Part shown: piece by piece, positions 61,016 to 64,000 of the stretch
How the letters are laid out: each line of letters begins with the position of its first letter
Position numbering within the stretch: position 1 is the first letter of the stretch
DNA from: an uncultured Bacteroidota bacterium
Lineage (GTDB): Bacteria > Bacteroidota > Bacteroidia > Bacteroidales > B18-G4
Length of the DNA: 64,000 nt
Assembly (NCBI GenBank): GCA_963793485.1
Contig: CAWCAB010000002.1
Span: 1,061,055-1,125,054, forward strand
Direction of reading: 5' to 3'
Translations under genes and position numbers: made by a program
Notes under the pieces: model-generated
Databases searched by the model: none
What the model was told of the DNA's origin: nothing
What the model saw: only the letters and a program-made list of their open reading frames with translations

Positions 61016-62060
61016 ATGCGCTTTTCTGATCAAATACTTAAATGGTATAAAATACACCGCCGCGACATGCCCTGGAGACATACACAGGGATGCATACAAG
61101 ATATGGCTTTCGGAGGTAATCTTGCAGCAAACGCGAGTTGACCAGGGGACGGCATATTACAATCGCTTTGTGAAAAGATTTCCTGGGATCCAAGATCTTG
61201 CAGATGCCTCGGAGCAGGAAGTGCTAAAGTTATGGCAGGGACTGGGATACTATTCCCGGGCCAGGAATCTGCACTTTGCTGCAAAGCAAATAATGACCGA
61301 TTACGATGGCATCTTTCCCGAAACCTATGATAAGATCATTAAGCTGAAAGGTGTTGGAGAATATACGGCAGCTGCCATTTCATCAATTGCTTTTGGAGAA
61401 GCCTATGCTGTGGTAGATGGAAATGTGAAACGTGTTATTTCCCGGATATTTGGGATAGACCTATCGGGCAATAAGCTGCATGAAAGTGTAAAAAACATCA
61501 TGACTCAGGAGCTGGATAGGGACAATCCAGGCGATTTTAATCAGGCCGTGATGGAGTTTGGGGCAATGCATTGTACTCCCAGGAACCCCTCATGCCAGAA
61601 TTGTATTTTTAAATCATCATGCTTTGCATTTAAGAACAGTATGGTGGAACACTTGCCCTTGAAAGAGGCCAGGAATAAACCAAAAACACGTCATTTTTCA
61701 TACTTCGTAGTAGCGTCGGATAGTCAGAATATTATCATGGTACAGCGGACGAAGAATGATATCTGGAGAAACCTTTATGAATTCCCGCTAATCGAAACAG
61801 ATAAAGAAATAAGTCCGGAAAAACTATTGTCTGATCCTGTATTCATCTCATGGTTTGGTGAGAAAGCGAAGATCATCAAAAGCAGTAAGCGATATAAACA
61901 TCAACTCACCCACATCACCATTTTTGCAAACTTTCACTTTGTTGATCCGGACCCTGATACCATTCATGAAGCAGATCCAAGGTGGGAGATTGTCTCTTAT
62001 AAAGACATCCAAAAATATCCTGTTTCCCGCCTTATAGATCTCTTCCTTGAAGATCAATAA
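61016..62060 (+). CDS. mutY: A/G-specific adenine glycosylase, one +1 frameshift near 61088-61090
   Basis: MRFSDQILKWY..HRRDMPWRHTQ joins DAYKIWLSEVILQQTRV after removing one base; WQGLGYYSRARN, HhH, VDGNV, 4Fe-4S Cys motif; span 3n+1. Confidence 0.93.
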
Positions 62061-62234
62061 TCGAGCATCAACTCAACCTTCAACACTCAAAACCCAAAAC
62101 TTTTTCAAAAAAAAGTGTGACATTTTCCGATTTTCGGTATTAATAGTTAAACCCACTGCCGTAATGCTTGTCTTCTTAAAAGGTAGGCGTCACTAAAATC
62201 ACTAAATTTGTAATCTAAATTAAAACTGAGAAAC

Positions 62235-62660
62235 ATGGCTGGAATTAACAAAGTAATCCTTGTGGGAAATCTGGGCAAGGACCCGGAGGTAAAAACCCTT
62301 GAAAATGGTGCAAAGGTGGCCAATTTTACCCTGGCAACATCCGAATCATATAAGAACAAAGAAGGGCAGCGGGTCACACAAACCGAATGGCATAATATCG
62401 TACTGTGGCGTGGCCTGGCAGAAATAGCCGAAAGATATCTTCAAAAAGGGAACCAGGTTTATATTGAAGGAAAAATCAAGTCCAGGTCCTGGGATGATAA
62501 GGACGGGGTTAAAAGATATACTACCGAGATCCTTGGCGACAACCTGACAATGCTTGGGGGCAGGAGAGATTCAGATGAGGGCGAACCATCAAAGCCGGCT
62601 GCTGCAAGTACAGCCCCGGAAGCAAATGCGGGTGAAGAGAAAGATGACCTGCCATTTTAA
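62235..62660 (+). CDS. ssb: Single-stranded DNA-binding protein
   Basis: [19 protein letters not shown]-terminal DDLPF. Confidence 0.97.
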   Translation: MAGINKVILVGNLGKDPEVKTLENGAKVANFTLATSESYKNKEGQRVTQTEWHNIVLWRGLAEIAERYLQKGNQVYIEGKIKSRSWDDKDGVKRYTTEILGDNLTMLGGRRDSDEGEPSKPAAASTAPEANAGEEKDDLPF

Positions 62661-62801
62661 TCTTTCCGGCTCGCACCGGGGCTAAAGTTCATGATATCCC
62701 CGCATGATAAATAAGTTGCATTACCGGAAATTGTTTAAATTTGTTCATGAATTACATACCGCTACTGGAATAGTGGCGGTATGCCTATAAAATTTTAATC
62801 C

Positions 62802-64000
62802 TTGGAAGAAGCTGATTCTGCCGTCCATCTTTATAATGCATTTCCTGTGATCTTAGATGCATTTATTCAACCATTTTCCTTTTCGATCCTGATCTCGCTG
62901 GTGGTGTTGTTTATATTGCTATTCTTCTCTGCCATGATCTCCGGCTCGGAGATTGGGTTCTTTTCCCTGGGCCCTCAACATCTTGAAAGGCTGCGGGAGT
63001 CTTCTTCTCGTTCCGGAAAATTAATATTGAAGCTGCTGGAGAGGCCTAAAAGGTTACTTGCCACTATTCTCATAGCAAACAACTTTGTGAATGTGGCCAT
63101 TGTCTTACTTTCCACCTTTATTGCTGCCGAATGGTTTAACCTTGCCAGCTACCCTGTGCTGGCATTCGTGGTTCAGGTGATTGTGATCACGGCCCTTATA
63201 TTATTGCTTGGTGAAATACTCCCTAAAATGTATGCCAGCGTATATCCGGTCAGGTTTTCGAAAAACATGGCAGGAGTGCTAAACGTCCTGATCAAGGTGT
63301 TTTATCCTTTCAGCTCAATCATGGTAAGGTCCACATCTTTCCTTGATAATAAACTCCCCAATAAAGGCCACGGTATGTCGAGGAGCGAACTGTCGGATGC
63401 TATTGAGCTTACAGCAGGTGAAGATACCCCTGAGGAAGGTAAAAAAATACTGCAGGGCATTGTGAAATTTGGTGATATTGAGGTGAAGGAGATCATGCGC
63501 TCCAGGATGGATGTGGTGGCCCTGGATACAGAGGCGACCTTTGCTGAAGTCATGGAGGTGATTGTGGAATCAGGCTTTTCCAGGATCCCGGTGTATGAAG
63601 AAAGCTTTGACAAAGTGCAGGGAATTCTTTATGTAAAAGACCTTTTGCCCCACCTCGAGAAAACAGCACAATTTGAATGGCAACGCCTGATCCGGGATGC
63701 TTTTTTCGTTCCGGAAAATAAAAAGATCAACGATCTCTTGCACGAATTTCAGGAGAAGAAGATCCACCTGGCTATAGTCGTTGATGAATATGGTGGGACC
63801 TCAGGAATTGTTACACTGGAGGATGTGCTTGAAGAGATCGTAGGTGAGATCACTGATGAATCGGATTCAGGCACTGAGGAGTTCATGTTTAAGAGGATAG
63901 ATGAACAGACTTACCTCTTTGAAGGAAAGACAACCATAAACGACTTTTGTAAGATCGTTGAGGAAGATGCTGATATTTTCAATGAGGTAAAAGGTGATTC
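62802..64000 (+). CDS. gldE: Gliding motility-associated GldE / CNNM-CBS hemolysin family protein, runs off window edge
   Basis: Not in ORF track; TTG start, FSAMISGSE, LLATILIANNFVN, GEILPK, FSRIPVY, VDEYGGTSGIVTLEDVLEEIVGEI; follows mutY-ssb. Confidence 0.88.
   Translation, partial: MEEADSAVHLYNAFPVILDAFIQPFSFSILISLVVLFILLFFSAMISGSEIGFFSLGPQHLERLRESSSRSGKLILKLLERPKRLLATILIANNFVNVAIVLLSTFIAAEWFNLASYPVLAFVVQVIVITALILLLGEILPKMYASVYPVRFSKNMAGVLNVLIKVFYPFSSIMVRSTSFLDNKLPNKGHGMSRSELSDAIELTAGEDTPEEGKKILQGIVKFGDIEVKEIMRSRMDVVALDTEATFAEVMEVIVESGFSRIPVYEESFDKVQGILYVKDLLPHLEKTAQFEWQRLIRDAFFVPENKKINDLLHEFQEKKIHLAIVVDEYGGTSGIVTLEDVLEEIVGEITDESDSGTEEFMFKRIDEQTYLFEGKTTINDFCKIVEEDADIFNEVKGD

Noticed and set aside
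61080-61095. mutY inactivation (mutator) or phase variation
   Set aside because: Same single +1 pattern as the other two breaks, with no long repeat tract and all motifs intact. Probably an artefact; only read data could show otherwise.

Overview
A 64 kb chromosomal window from a Bacteroidota genome, probably Bacteroidales. Evidence: TAnnTTTG -7 promoter boxes, T9SS C-terminal sorting domains, the ileS-dksA-lspA, rnc-fabF-acpP-purN and rne-bS22-HU-mutY-ssb-gldE neighbourhoods, and an RprX/RprY-like two-component system. Most of it is housekeeping. Three accessory-looking blocks stand out: an AT-rich lipoprotein plus T9SS-cargo pair (1.9-4.8 kb); a co-oriented arsenic/heavy-metal block with two ArsR-type operators (30.6-40.3 kb); and an acyl-CoA oxidation cluster with crotonase, atypical HAD, SCP2-type thiolase, ElbB, FabK-like enzyme, acyl-CoA dehydrogenase, EtfBA, a FadF-like Fe-S oxidoreductase and IcmF (40.5-55.9 kb). 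The best candidate for an undescribed system is an unannotated ~125-nt minus-strand sRNA divergent from rprXY. It has its own -7 box and terminator, sits behind four GTTAA boxes at 10-bp spacing, and carries two segments antisense to Bacteroidota-type translation-start regions. One segment closely matches the start of the lipoprotein gene just beyond rprY. Intergenic DNA is full of 7/8/9-mer tandem tracts and two REP-like palindrome families. Three +1 frameshifts look like sequencing errors. No rRNA, tRNA, CRISPR array, transposase or integrase was recognised. All family calls come from motif recognition, not database searches.
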